DNA of 64,000 nucleotides from the human T2T-CHM13v2.0 reference genome, Homo sapiens. The DNA lies in NCBI RefSeq assembly GCF_009914755.1, contig NC_060941.1; one strand, written 5' to 3'. Shown here piece by piece: positions 15,755 through 34,785 of the stretch. The notes beneath the pieces were generated by a model. That model saw only the letters and a program-made list of their open reading frames with translations. It did no database searches and had not been told where the DNA came from. The position numbers and the translations under genes were made by a program. The stretch's first letter is position 1, and every line of letters starts with the position of its first letter.

Positions 15755-18016
15755 TTAATTAAAAAAAAAAGGGTGTGTGTGTGTGCTAATAATCCACACG
15801 CACTGCAGTAGAATATGGATCAGCAAAAAAGGTAAAATGACAGGCCATCAGAATTTGATCTATATCCTCACACACCTTCTTCCTAAAACACATATGCATC
15901 CTTTTATAGAAGCAGGATCATTTATTCCATTTTCTAACCTGCTTTTTAACTGAGGGCGTAGCACACATGGATGTTTGTGTCAATGGATACGCGCCCACAT
16001 CATCATTTTCGTAACCTCACACTCTTGCATTGCACGGCCATTTTTTAGCCAACTAGTTCCCATTGTTCAGCATTTAGCTAGCTTTCGATTTCAGTTTTCC
16101 ACCAAATAAACAACAGGATGTGGTCATCTGCAAACTTCTCTGCAGGGAATCCTGAAACAAGGGCTAGGTTCTGTTTTAGACTTCTGACACATTCCATCAA
16201 ATCATCTCCCAGAAACATAGCTCCAATCCACATTCCCAGGGTGGACGGGAATACGGGATTCCAGAAGCCCCAGCCAACAATAAATCCTATTTTTGGAACT
16301 CCTGCCTCTGTCCTTATCTGTCACCTACACGGGTATCAGTTCTGTCCCCGCCACCCCAAATTCAAGCCCCATTTCTGACGGTTCACTACTCATCTCTACC
16401 TGGACATCCCACAGACGCTTCAAACCCAGCTCGTCCCAAGTCACCTTCTCTCCCATCGTCGCCAAGTTCTCTCATGCCCTCCCCACTAGCTAGCAGGGCT
16501 GCCCTTCTTCCGGGCCCAGGTGACACCTCAGCTCCTCCACAGAAGGCTGCCCAGGCCGCCGCATGCTGGCACCCCTCCCCTCACTTCCCTCCTGAGCATC
16601 CTCACTGCCCCACCCAAGTCAGGGCCTGCAGCTTCTCCCTCTTCAACGTGACAGACATGCCAGGGACAAAGCCAGCTCCCAACATCATGCTGTCCCCTGC
16701 GTAAGTGCCCCCGAGTGCCAGTGAAATGCCAACTGCATGGCATGATCCTGCCCGTTTCCATCTGCAGCCCCCACTGTTCCTGCTAGGCCCTCTAGAGGAG
16801 ACGCCTGGGCTCACAGAATCCAAGGACATGGCCCAGCCTGGCTCCCTGCTGCGGGCCCACACCCCTGCCTCCACTCCTCAGGCACCGCGGTGCGCAGATC
16901 ACTCTGTCCCCAGGCTCTCCCGGAGCCTCCTTACCCTCGCGGTGCCCTGTCTGCTCCTCGAAGGCAGGGACGCTCTCACTCCTCCTTGGGTATCTTTGGG
17001 TCTCTAATACCCCGAGTCTAACAGGAAAATGTACTGAAAGAAGTGCTGTCCCCCCTGGTCACTTGTTGTCTGTCCTCCTCTCCAGGTCGCCGCCTCCTTT
17101 ATTAGATTCATCCCCAGAGAGCCTGGCTGCAGGCAGAATCTGATTAGCTACAAATTAGGAAGAACAGAGGGGACATCACCTCTCCCTCTGCTGGGTGACC
17201 CGGCAACTTCCTCACACCTCGTGGAGTACAAAGGGCAGGAGAGGCCCGCAGAGCGAGGGGCCGCTGCCCACTCCTTCCTTCCCACCAGGCTCCCTGGAAG
17301 ACAGTGGACATCAGAGCCAGGCTCTCTTCTCGCAGCGACGACTGCCTGCGGCTTCAACATCCTACAGTGAAATGCCCGGCCTGGCCTCCCGGGGAGTCGG
17401 AACCATAACATTGTTTGCTCCCCACCATGGCAGGGCAGACGTGTGCTTGGTGTGTCAGTAGGGTGGGGACCCAACAGCCTGTGAGCACCTGCTCTGTGCT
17501 GGGCACTTCATGCCATCTCTAATGTCACCCTTAAATGACACTGTGTGGATAACAGGAGCATTGCCCCAATTTGACAGGCCAGGAAATGGAGGCTCAAAGA
17601 GGACAAGCGACACGCCCCCAAATTCCCATCAGCAAATAGCAGCTCAACTCAACCCGCAGCCACCTGCACTTGGCCAGGTGCTAGGGCCACACAGAGGGGG
17701 CCTGGTCCCTGCCCTAAAGGGGCGTGCAGATGAGCTTTGGTACAGACCCAATTTTCAGGTAAGGGTGGTACAAGTTCAAGCCAGGAGCTAATCTGGGCCT
17801 CCAAGACCCGTCCCAGCATGCACACGGAAGACGGCACCCCTGCTTTGATGTCTGTGGGCAATAGCATCTCTAGCTCTCCTGCCGAACAGTGGCTGCCTGC
17901 TCGTGGCTTTGGCCTTTCCAAGGCCCAGGAACTAGGGTGGTGCTGTCAGTCTTTCCAGAGACTGAGGCCAGCAAGGGTCTGTGTTGGAGCTCACTGAGGA
18001 AGCTGCTTTGACGCAG

Positions 18017-19635
18017 GGGAAGCTCCCGGGCGGTGCCCCCCCTCCTGTGCCAGTCCTCCTGCGTCCTCCCCGCCTCGGTTCCACCATGGCACTAAGCACT
18101 GGTGCGTGCAAGACAGCAGGCCCTGACCGAAGGCAAGAGGGAAGGGGTTACAGGAGGGCAAACAAGCCGAGGAAGATGCATTTCCATTTGCTCCTAAGGC
18201 GGGTGCCCTGGCCTAGGCAGCCCAGGCACCCGGGGCACCTGGGCATCTGGGAGGAAGCCAGAGATGAACAGCGGCCTCTGGAATGACAGCAGCCTGCTTC
18301 TGATTCAAAGGCGAGGCTTCAAAATCTAAGTGTAAGGATGAAAGGAAAGCCCATGGCTGGCCTGCAGGCGACCACAGTCCGTAGGTTCTGAGCGTGGCTC
18401 TGTGCTTTACAGGAGATAAGCGGAAGATCCCTTCCGCAACAGGACTCTCGTGAGGCCATTCATTGGACATAATTGATAACCCATTTGTGTGCAGGGAAGG
18501 GCTGTCCCATGCCAGAGGTGGGGGTGTACAGGGATAGACATTCTGGTATCTCTGGACAGAATCTGACCCACCCACAAATGTGTCTGCTGCATTTGCAAAC
18601 CTGGACATTGGGTGAGATTTCTCCCTAGGAAGCAAGGCTTTGAATCGTGGCCCTCATTTCCCAGTCTTGACAGCAAGAATACTCTCTCGCTCTTCCCTCC
18701 TCACTGGGCAGCCCTGGGACACCGGCTGTTCTTGGGCCCTCTGTGTTCTCAGAGCAGAACTGTGGGCAGCAGCTTCAAGGCCTGGAAGCTGCCACTCCCC
18801 ACCCCCAAGGGCTCCACTGCCCTGCAGACCAGAACCTTGCAACCAGAGGGAGCTCACGTAGCCCCTCACACAGTCACTTGCCTTCCTCTGTGACAGCTCA
18901 GGATGAGGGTGACAGATCTCTGGCAGTTTCTGGATCTTAGAGCTGTGAGAGTCACCCTCGTCCCCACCCACTCACCCTACCTGCAGCCAGAATCCACTTA
19001 ATGCAATCAGCGCATTAGGGACAGCATGACCCGCAGATCTTCACTGAGCCAAGCATCGCTCTCCCTCCCGGTGCCCACTGCGTTTTATTAAAAGGCAACC
19101 AAGACTAATCTCATTATTGGGGACCAGACACTGCACATGGTGCACAGCCTCGGGGGCGGAAGGCGGAGCAGGGGAGGCTGGGAAGCGGGCAGCCTGGGCT
19201 GGCTACAGCCCTCCTTATCAACAGCAGAGTTTGAATTGAGTTAGGAAAGACTGTGACTGCGGAAAGGCCGATATCTCTTCTTGATGGGTGAAGGGGAAAA
19301 CAGCTCAATTGCCCTAGAGCGTCCTAGCATGTGATGAAGGAGAAAGCAAAGTGTGGTGTGAGCTATTAGGGTACTTTCTTAGCACCCCAGTAGCCCCAGG
19401 AAGAAGGGGCTTCCCAGGCAGTGCTCCCCATCCCATGCCAGTCCTCCTGCATCCTCCCCACGCTTGTACCAGCATGGCACTAAGCCCTGGTGCATGCAGA
19501 GACACCAGGCCCTGACCAAAGGGTAAGAGAGAAGGCATTACAGGAGGGTGAACAAGCCGCAGGGGCTGCATTTCCATTTATCCTAGGGCGGCTGTCCTGG
19601 CCCAGGCAGCCCAGGGACCCGGGGTATCCAGGCTG
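18017..19635 (+). repeat. Dispersed direct duplication: about 18017-18245 and 19405-19635
   Basis: Shared colinear blocks TGCCAGTCCTCCTGC, CATGGCACTAAGC, CAGGCCCTGACC, TTACAGGAGGG, AACAAGCCG, TGCATTTCCATTT, AGGCAGCCCAGG. Confidence 0.85.
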
Positions 19636-19832
19636 CTTGGACCAGGTACCAAGGAACTAGGTACCCAGGAAGCAGCAGAGCCTGAAGTCAAACACTGAGC
19701 TCCTTTCTCCCACAAGACAGAGGGCTCCCAATGCTTACAAACCAAAATGTTTCCATTTCCATGAAAATCAGAAGAAAAAAATGAACATTTAGGGTTGAGG
19801 AAAATGTTGCAATTTTTTAAAACTTATTTTAA

Positions 19833-20402
<570 letters not shown>

Positions 20403-21039
20403 CAATTGTTATTATTTTTTTTATGGAAGACGGGGCCCGTGAAGGCCAGAGGGCCAACGGCCCATGAAAGGCCCAGCGCAGCCCAGGTTAGAGAGATGTG
20501 ATTTCAAAACAGACTCATTATTTATAACCATCAGCTCCTGGACAAGCCAAGTCCCTTCTCCAAGCCTGCTTCCTAATCTATAAAGTGGAGGATATCTGGA
20601 GCTACCTTATTGAACACAGAAGGAGTAAGTGGATAAAGGTGTGCCAGCGCCCAGCACAGTGCCTGCCACAAAGTAGGCATTCCATCAAAGACCAATCTTA
20701 CAAAAACGAAATCTGGTCCTAAGAGCACCTTAGAAAGAGTCACACTGCTGACACATGAGGTTTGGGGCCACAGAGAGCCAGATGGCAGCCGTCTCTAATA
20801 AATCTACACTCCATTGCTGTCCACCATTAGCCCCTGCACACCAAGCAGAAGCTCCTGGGGCTGGAAGAACACAGGATGGTCTGCTTTTAATCTGTGACAT
20901 TGTATATTCCCAAAATTCATTTATGAATTATTCAGACAGTAGAGTGCTTTTTCCCAGTGAAGCTACGCTTTCAGAGGGGGTTAATTTCTCATTCCCCTCC
21001 ACCAATGCCATCTAATGCCACTGAACCATCCCAGTATTA

Positions 21040-21440
<401 letters not shown>

Positions 21441-21829
21441 AAAGGAGTGGGACAAGCAGGGTGGTTCCACCTCCAGCTCTAGGAGGCTCCCTCATGCAAG
21501 GAGGTGGGGCTGCCACCGCCTCGTATTTTCCTGCCTCCATCAAATTTCACCGGGAGAAATCCAGGCACCTAGAGGAGGTGGCAAAGCTTTTTTTTTTTTT
21601 TTTTCATTAGCTATTAAACCAAAGGGGCAGAATCTAGGCGCCCTAGATGTAACTTCATTTACGGAGTCAGAAAATCCACAAAGGCTGCCAAGGTGGAATG
21701 AATGAGAGGAGGACGACCAGAAAGGAGAAGTCTGGGAAGGGGACCCCAGATCCACACGGATGATCCTCGCTCCGTGATACAGTCGGGGACAGGGCAGGGA
21801 GGGAGGGAGGGAGGGTGGCCCTGCCATCT

Positions 21830-23330
21830 CCCAGGTGTCAAGGTGGCGGGAGCTCCGCCCTCAGCGCAGTTGGCACCGGCCTGACCCACCACAGGGCCAC
21901 CGAGGCCACCGAAGCCATGGGGCTTTCCCACTCGGGAAACTCCCACCCTCGCGCTCAGAAGCTGGGGGCGTCGGGAGACACAGGCGGGGACCTGCGGCTC
22001 CACGTTGCAGCCCGGGCCCTGCTCGGGGCAAGAGGCGGTGGCTCCGGTTTCAGATTTCAAGAGGGCAGCCGTGGCAAAGGCTGGTTGGTCCATTTGCACC
22101 CTACCTTGCTCTAGAACGCGGCGCAGGAGCAAAGATCCAAACTCGGGGTCACCAGCAAGCGGGGGTCTCGGTTCTAACTTCAGCAGAGACCCGGCACCCG
22201 GGCAGGCCAGGGCAGGGGCCGCCTGGACCGGGAGAGGCTCGGCTCCGAGAGGGCGGGCGAGCCCTGCAGCCCTCGGGCCCAGGGTGCGGGTCGGCGCCGC
22301 AGTCCAGTGCGCGGCCGCAAGGGGCAGGTGCGAGGCCGGCTGCTACTCGGGAGCCCCGCGCTGTCCCTCCCTGCGCAGTCAGGGCTCACCTGGGCCGCCC
22401 CCGCCCCGCACCCCTGCGCGCTCCGCTCCCACCCCCAGCCCGGCCTCCTACCTTGCCTACCCGAGCGTCCCTTCAGCCTCCCCGCGCCGCGCCCGGGTCG
22501 CTTGGCCGGTTCTGCGGGCCGTGGCGCGACGGCGTCGCCATGGCAACCGGGCGGCGGGCTGGGCGGTGTCTCCGGGACCGGAAGTGGCGTACGCGGCCCC
22601 CGGGGCTGCCCCGCACGTGCCAGGTCCCCGCGGTTGCGGCCACGCTCGGGACCGGGCCCTGCCAGCTCCGGGCCCGCACGTGGGCGAACCGCGGCCACCG
22701 TGAGCCCGGCCTCGCGACCTCCCTCCGGGGCCCCCATGATCGGGGGTGCGTGGGATCTGCGGCCTGCGGGGGTGGAGGGCCGGGAGCTCCCCCGGGCCTG
22801 CCTCGAGGGCCGCGGGATTCGTCCTTGCGAGCCCCGACTGCGCACGGAAGGACCTGGGGTCGGCCAGGCCTGGGGGATGGGACGGGCCCCGAGGAGAGCG
22901 GGTGCCAGGGGCGAGACCCGCCGCCCTTCCCCGGCTTGGTCCCGCGCTTCCTGATTTTCTCGCTCCACGCCTCCCATTCTGCCCTCCACCTTCTTCCCTG
23001 CCCCGCCCTCGCCCTGCCCGGGCCCAGGAGGCCACTAGATGTCAGACCCGGTTCGGGCCTTGGCCACGCCGCCGCTCCGGGAGCCCTGGGGGCACCTCCC
23101 CAGCCCCCACGGGGGAGACGATACTGCCGGGAAGGCCCGGACTAGCCCCCGCCCCCGCAGAGTAGCCTTCGGGGAACACCGATTCCACCAGGCTCTCACG
23201 AAAGCCGAGAGCTTGCCGTCCGCAGCTTCCCCTGCCCAAAGCGCAGAGAAACGAGGGCGCCGAGGCCAAGACCAAGACCGGGAGCCAGCCCCTTCGGAGC
23301 CCGGTCCAGGCCCCCGGTCCAGGAAGTGCT
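21830..23330. promoter_or_regulatory. CYB561: CpG island / CYB561 promoter
   Basis: Very high GC and CpG. X-box-like GTCGCCATGGCAAC 22534-22547, ETS CCGGAAGTG 22578-22586, E-boxes CACGTG at 22614 and 22677. No TATA seen. Confidence 0.85.
22390..22530 (-). other. CYB561: CYB561 non-coding exon 1 (5' end approximate)
   Basis: Strong donor CAG|GTGAG on - (exon ends 22390) inside the CpG island, downstream of the promoter motifs. Confidence 0.7.
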
Positions 23331-24509
23331 GTGGGTAGATAAGGGGCCCAGCTCAGACTTCCTACAAGCTGGGAAGAAAGGGTTCTTTCCTGTCTGATGC
23401 CGGGCCAGATGTAGCAAGCGCCTAGGGGTAGGAGGGAAATGGGGTTTCCTCCCCGCAGAGGGAAACCGGCCTCCATTCAGGAACGCCCTCCCCCACCTGC
23501 CCTCCAGGCACCGAGGTTCTGGGAGGCCGGGGGGCAGGGAGACCTGCTTACTTGAATGCGCTTTGTGTATTGCCTGTGTATTGCCACAGGCAGTGGGCAA
23601 GATAGGCCCTGGGGATCCAGTACTCGCTTAGTACACAGAGAGCAGTCTCCAGCGCCAGGCGAGACGCACAGGCGTGTCAGCTGCATATGGCACACGGTGG
23701 CACATGGCACACCTTCCACGAGCAGACACAAGGGGCCGACACAGCAGGGCCCACCCCCTCAGAGGGACCAAGCTTAAACCCTCCAACAACAGAAAATTTG
23801 TAGAGTATCTTTCAGTTGGAGGAAATTAATGGATAATTTAAAGTAAGAAACAGTTTCCTTAGCGTGCTAACAGGCAGAATCCCTGTGGATTGAAGGTGGA
23901 ACTGAGCCATGTCCTTTGTTTGGTCTGTGGATTTAGACGTGGAGGAGGAGTCCTGACCGGCTGAGCAGGGCTGAGTTCCCTCGTGAGAGCCCCGGGCCTT
24001 CAGCCCCTTCCAAAGCCAGGAGAGACTCCTGCTGAGGGGTGATAGGGGCCCTTTGGCTTCCCCCTCACCCCACGGCCCAGCAGCACGGGGCTGCAGGCTT
24101 TTCCCTTAGGAGGAAGAGCAGCCGCCTCCCTGCCAGCAGTGTTCTCAAGGGCCTGCTTCAAGTGGGGAGGGGTGGGTGAGGGTGTTCTGACTGAGGGAGA
24201 GGCCTGCACACCCGCTGCATGGGGGGGCTCATGGCTACACCTAACCCATTTTAAAGAACAGGCAACGCCACCAAACTGCTCTCTGGCACTAGGGCCCAGA
24301 GGCCTTGCCCCAGCTCCCAGATGTCCCAACCCAGGACGACAGACACCCAGACTAACTACCTTGCAACCCTGTTCCTGCTGCCGAAGCTCCTGCCTTGGAA
24401 GCCTGAGAAGTGTGCAGTCCTTCAGCTTGGGAAAGGTGGGAAAGGAGAGGACCCCTCCTGCCCTTTCTTGAGTGGCACAAGATGAGTTCCAGGGCCTCCT
24501 GAGTTGTGC

Positions 24510-24853
<344 letters not shown>

Positions 24854-25179
24854 CTAGCCTTTCTGTTTTCAGATGCACCAAGTTCACTCCCACCTCTCCA
24901 TGGAATGTTCTTTCCTGGATCATCTCTGGTCACATTCTCTCAAATCTCAGCTCAAACATCACCTCCTCAGGCCTTCCCTGACCATCCAGAGGGCAGCTGG
25001 GGCAGGGATTAGGAGGTAGGAGTGCTCCTGGATTCCGCGTGCTGGGCAGCCAGGCCTAGAGTGCCCCCTGGTCTCTGACAGAAAGCATTTAAGGAGGAGG
25101 AAGCATCAAGGAAGCAGGCAGAATGTGAATAGAGAGCTGGAGACTCAGGCCGTAGACCCACCTGGCACCTGGCTAGTCA

Positions 25180-25961
<782 letters not shown>

Positions 25962-27188
25962 TCATCTGACAATCCTACTGCTCTTGCTCGGGTGTGGGAA
26001 GGGCAGGGGCCCAGTTCTAGCCCCTCCCAGCAATGGCTTCCTCCCTCATCTCTGAACCAGTTAACCCTCATTCAGTAGGGACTTCAGGCAGAGGCCCTGA
26101 CCTTGGGCAGCAGAGGATACAAAGGGATAAGAGATGGTTCCCCAGTCCTCAGACACTATAAGATTCAAATGCACACCATTCATTCTTGGGAAAGTTTTAT
26201 TTTTGTACCTTCTCTGTGCCAGGCACTAGGTGAGGTATTGGGGAACAGTGAACAAGACAGGCACCACCCTGTTCTCACAGGCCTTCAGTCAGGGGAGCTG
26301 CACAGAGATTTGGGGAGAGCCTTTGAAACTACTCTGCCCAAGCCCATCTCTGACCACCTTACAGAGGGAAAACCAGGATTAGGTACAGGGCATAGGAAGG
26401 CCCTCAACCCAGATGTGAGGGTCAGGGAAGGCGTATTGGGTCATGACAGAATTATCGAGCCAGAAGATGCTCAGGTGTTAACCCGGCAGAGATAGTCAGG
26501 GAGGAGGCAGGAGTGTCCCTGGCTAGAGGAGCAAGGATGATGCAAGGGAAGGCTGTAGGGGGCTAACCTGCAACCCTCGGGGCTCCCAGGCTTATTTTCA
26601 TGAGGATTTGCCGGAGCCAGAGTAATAGTGCAGAACTGAGCCACAGCCTGCAGAATCAGCACTCAGGAGCCAAGCCCTGTCCAGCTCAGGAGGGGGCCTG
26701 CCCTGAGGGACCTCACAATTGACAGACACAGCCCCCGACCCCATATCCTGCAGTGGAGCAGCCTTAAGTCCGCAGGTATCATCTTCCGGGCCTGCTCCCT
26801 GAGGAACTTGAAAGTACGAGGCTACTTTGATGAGCTTAAAATAGACCAATTAATCACTCAGGGAGGAAATCCATCTCCCAGCTTCGCGGGAGGGGACAGG
26901 AAAGCAGTAGCCCCGGCAGGACCCGTCAGAGCAGCCAGCAGCACAGCGGCCATGTGGCAGGGCACCTGCAAGGCTTCCGGAGCCACCGACGAAGACCCTG
27001 AGTCACCTGCAGCCTCTGGAGTGTGGGGGGAAGGAGGCTGAGGGACGTCATTGCCTGTGAGTTGTCACCCTGCCCCTGGTTAACCCCAAGGCTGGTCAGT
27101 CTGGGAAAAACAAGACAGACAAAAGAGCCAAATACCACTGGGGCAAGAGGGAGGGAGAGGCCATGACAGAGAGGACAGTTAAGCCACC

Positions 27189-27477
27189 TTTTTTTTTTTT
27201 TTAAGACGGAGTTTCGCTCTCCTTGTCCAGGCTGGAGTGCAATGACAGCTCACTGCAACCGCCGCCTCCGTGGTTCAAGTGATCCTCCTGCCTCAGCCTC
27301 CCAAGTAGCTGGGATTACAGGAATGCACCACCACGCCTGGCTAATTTTGTATTTTTAGTAGAGACGGGGTTTCTCCATGTTGGTCAGGCTGGTCTCGAAC
27401 TCCCGACCTCAGGTGATCCACCCGCCTTGGCCTCCCAAAGTGCTGGGATTACCGGCGTGAGCCACTGCACCTGGCCC
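27189..27477 (-). mobile_element. Alu
   Basis: Reverse Alu, TSD CAGTTAAGCCAC. Confidence 0.9.
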
Positions 27478-27925
27478 AGTTAAGCCACTTAGCCACTTTT
27501 ACCTCTGCTGGGCCCAAGGGAATGGGACATGGGGCTGATAAGCAGGGCTGGGGACCAGCTTCACAAAGGAGGTGGCACGGCAGCCCTGGGCGCCACAGGC
27601 AAGAGGCAGCCAAAGGAATGGGCTTCCCCAGATGCCCAGTTCATTCCCAGGCAGCCCTCTGGGGAGGCCGCCCTTTCCATGATGATTGCCTGGAGCCAGA
27701 GGAGCAGTGCAGAGCCCGGGTCACAGGCTGCACATCAGCACGCAGGAGCCAAGGATCCCATCCAGAGGAGGTCCATTTTCTCTCCTTCCTTTCTTCCAAC
27801 AAAGGCTTACTGGCACCTGCTTATCCTAGGCCCTGGAGAGACAGTAACAGATCAGACACACAAGGTGTCTGCTTTCATGTAACTTACAAGAAGTGGGTAG
27901 ACAGGGAATTAAAAAGTAAACTAAC

Positions 27926-28185
27926 GTCTGGGTGCGGTGGCTCACACCTGTAATCCCAGAACTTTGGCAAGCCAAGGCAGGCTGATCACTTGAGGCCAGG
28001 AGTTCCAGACCAGCCTGGCCAACATGGCGAAACCCATCTCCACTAAAAAAAATACAAAAAGAAAAACAAAAATTAGCCAGGCGTGGTGGTGCATGCCTGT
28101 AGTCCTAGCTACTCGAGAGGCTGAAGCACGAGAATTGCTTGAACCCAAGAGGAGGAGGTTGCAGTGAGCTGAGATTGCACCACAA
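27926..28185 (+). mobile_element. Alu, 3'-truncated
   Basis: Alu consensus ending at GAGATTGCACCAC with no tail. Confidence 0.85.
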
Positions 28186-30461
28186 TCTATATCTACATAC
28201 ACACATGCACAGAAACCTGACTGCATGTGTTTTGAAACACAGATGTTATGTTTCAACCTAACAAGCAGCATGAAGAAGAGGCAGAAGGGGACAAACAGGG
28301 CATCAGGCGAGGGCAGGCACTTGTTGGGGGCACTAGGAAGGCTCTGGGAGGGAGAAGTGGGGGCGCAGGCCACATGAAGGTCTAGGGGAGGTGACTCCCA
28401 TGGATGGAAGAGGGAGGGCAAAGGCGCTGAGCAGGAATGTGTATGGTGTCTCCATCCTGCCCTGCCCTCCTCCACTCCTGTCCCCATCAAAGGGGAAAGT
28501 CGCTGAGTGTGCAGAGATAGGCAGGAGGAGTGCCAACAGGCCATCAGAGAGGGCAGAGGTTGAAGACGTGAGGTGTGTATCAGGGACCCCACCAGCAATT
28601 CCTGGGATCCAGGAACCGTCCATAGACCCATGGCTATAGCTGTGCCTGACCACGTCCCTCACATGCCAGCGAACCTGGACATCAGGCTGAGCTCCCCTCA
28701 TCTGGTCCTGAGGGTTTGCCCTGCAGCCAGTGCTGTGGCTGAGCGGAGGCACTGCAGCCCCAGCATTGCATTGCCCTGGCCGCCTCTCCCCTCCAGGAAG
28801 GAAATCACGAAGAGGCTGTATCCCCAGAGTGTCCTCCATCCCCACCTCCCCACTTTTCTCCCTAAGTTGGTAGGTCAGTCAGTCAGCTGCTCTGTGAGTG
28901 CCAGGGGCAGCGAAGAGCAGGAACAGCCCCAGCTGTCTAGGACAGGGAAGCAAGTGTGCAAGGCCTGGGGTAAGGGATGATCATGGCCTTGGGTGATATC
29001 AGCAGAGTGAACATACTGCTGATAATGACTGATCACCGCCAGGAACCCGCCATAAACGGCAGGGCTGGGACTCCTGCACTTTGTTCAAAGCCTGTGAGGC
29101 TCTGAGGTTTCACCTGGCTCCTGAAGCTGCTCCAGCTCTGGCCACGCACCAAGCCCCTGGTTCTCCACCCACCTTCTCATCCCAGGAGAGCAGTGAGGAT
29201 GTGGTGGCTGTTCTGAGCCAAAACTGCAGGGTGATGGAGCCACAGCCTGGAAGATGCCCCAACTGGGCACACTGAACTTCGTGACTCCTCCAAGGTATCA
29301 GCAAGTCAGCTGCACAATTGTCCTGAGTGAGAGATTTCACCTGACCCTGCTCTGCTCCCTCCTCTACTCCATCCTTATGCTTCTCTTGGCCCTGGCCATT
29401 GCCTCCTGCCTGAGCATGCCTATCAGGTCAGCTGATTCTTGTCGAGAGCAGATTAGATTCAAAGGGCACGGTGACTGTAACCCAGAGGCTCCCTCACCCA
29501 AGAAGCCACAGTCCTCTAATCCCTCCCAGCCATTGGGAGACCCTCAGAGGTGGCCTGGAGCCAGAGGAATCACACGCTCAGCTGGTGGCCCGGTTCCAGC
29601 TGATCTCAGCCTCTGGACTCATCGCCCCTCTGGATCAGTCAGTGCTTCCTTCTCTTCCAGGGATCAAGGGGCGGCTCCTGGAGCAGGGGCAGGGCCCTCC
29701 TACTCTTACAGCAAAAGTAGCTCAGGGCTTCTGGGTGGGTTTGTCTCAAGGCCTGGCCTCAAAGCTCTCAGACCCAAAAATGTTCTCCAAAGGTGGGTTC
29801 TTAGGTTCCAGGGCCCACAGCTGTTGGAAGGAGGCTCTAATAAGTCATTACCCATTCCAGTTCTGTGTGTGCCCCTGCACAGCCTGGGAGGTGATGTCAG
29901 GTCCAGGTGGATGTGACTGAGTGCTCTCATCTGTCTGGAGGATTGTTTTCTCCCCTTCCATAGGCCCTTCTTCAGCTGATAAATCCAAGCACCCCCTGGG
30001 GCTCACGTTGGCCCAGCGCTCAGTCCTGGCCACTTCATGTCACTTTGGGGTCCAAGCCCAGCTGCTCCTCCTTGCCTGGACACAGCAGCAAATGTGATTG
30101 CCCCACACCAGGTAGCTCAGGCTCCTAAGCTCTTTAGTACCCAGTGTAAAGACCCCCCATGACACCTCCCACACTGTCCCCCATTGCACCCCCACAGTGC
30201 CCACGTGCCAGGTCAGCACCAGCCTCCCCCAGCCGAGGCCCATCCAGAGTCCTCTTAGGGTCTCTCCTCAGAAGCCCCTGGAGCCTTTCCCGCCAGCTGA
30301 CCATCAGAGAGAAGGCATTGCCCCCACTTCTCTCCTTCTCTGCACATCTGTCAACCCAGCCACCCTGCCCTGCTCCCAAGGGGGACAGCACGTGGGGGCC
30401 TCAGCCTGGCCCCAGAAGTCCACTGCCACATTCCCCACAACATGAGGCATTTTGCCTGTGA

Positions 30462-30809
<348 letters not shown>

Positions 30810-31996
30810 TAAAGCAAATGGCTCCAAGTGAGCTAAAAACTAAATGTCATTTTCTCCCCTAGGAACACCTCCTATGACCCATCATTGATGTCTTCCAGTG
30901 AATTTATTTACTGAAGGGCTCTTGAGAAGGGCTTGGGGGGCCACGCAGGGGGGCAGGAAGCTGCCTGGGGCCAGAGACCCCTTCAGAGGACCTGGCCAGG
31001 CCCTAGACTTCTAGAGCTGAAGGGTGGACCCAAAGATGAATTTGCTTCTTGTGTCCTGGGTCCCCTGATAGAGACTGTATGAGAAGCCAACAGGAGGAGG
31101 GTGCCTCTCCCCAGCCCCAGGCTCTCACAGCCACTTGGACGGCAGTTGTCCCTCCCTCCGTCCCTCCCCTTCCCTCCCTCCCCTCCCTGTGGGTCCCCCA
31201 CATTTCTGTCTGTGCTCCCACTGCAGGCTGTTTTGTTCCTCCCTGACTCTGTCACCCTCCTCTGCTTCTCTGTCACAGTCTCTCTCCCTTCCCTCAGTCT
31301 CTGTCCTTCTGTCTGAGCCGAGGTTCTCTGGGCTTCCAGAGGCAGATGATGGTCTCCAGCTCTTCAGACAGTGGCTGCTTTCATTCCATTTCCTGGCCCC
31401 TGTCTGGGAACAATGAGGAAGAATCACGCAGGCACCAGGTCAGTGTCGTGGGGCTTTAGGGCCAGATCAGGCACCCCAGCCCCTGAGCTCCCAGTGGAGT
31501 CTTACTAGAGTTGCAAACATTTTTTAGTTTGCCAAGTAAGGACATTTAAAAAAAATAGTCCCTTATTCTCACCACCGTTTTACAAAAGAAGTAATAAAAT
31601 CTTAACTACAAAAAATAAATAGAAAGGATGTTTGGAATAAAAGATATTGTGACCAAGAAAGGAATGCTGGCAACTTGGCTGATACATCTGGTTGATTTCA
31701 TATCTATAAATCAGTGTTGCTGTTTTTGCCTCTTTATTGCTGACTACTGAACATTTTATCACTATCAGCCCTGCCAGGGAGCTGGCCATCGGGAGGCACT
31801 AATAGAGGGACTTGTGTGGTAGAGCAAGGCCTGAGGAAATGGAGGAGGCAGAGGCCACGCCAGGAAGGACTTTGCACTCACTCTCAGAGTGTGGATTTTA
31901 TCCCCAAGGTGATGAGACACCGGGGCAGGGCGCTAAGTGAACAGAAGCTGTGGTCAGATTGGAGCATCCTCAGAGCCATGTATAAAAATGGACTAG

Positions 31997-34785
<2,789 letters not shown>

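Noticed and set aside
21835-23145. 436-aa ORF and several overlapping 140-270 aa ORFs
   Set aside because: The longest has a non-ATG start and Pro/Arg/Gly/Ala-biased composition. Many frames are open because the CpG island is poor in stop codons. No domain is recognisable.
29254-30461. 220-aa and neighbouring ORFs in unique-looking intergenic DNA; possible decayed exons
   Set aside because: No recognisable protein family or consistent splice structure. A tblastx search against non-primate orthologous regions would be needed to reopen this.
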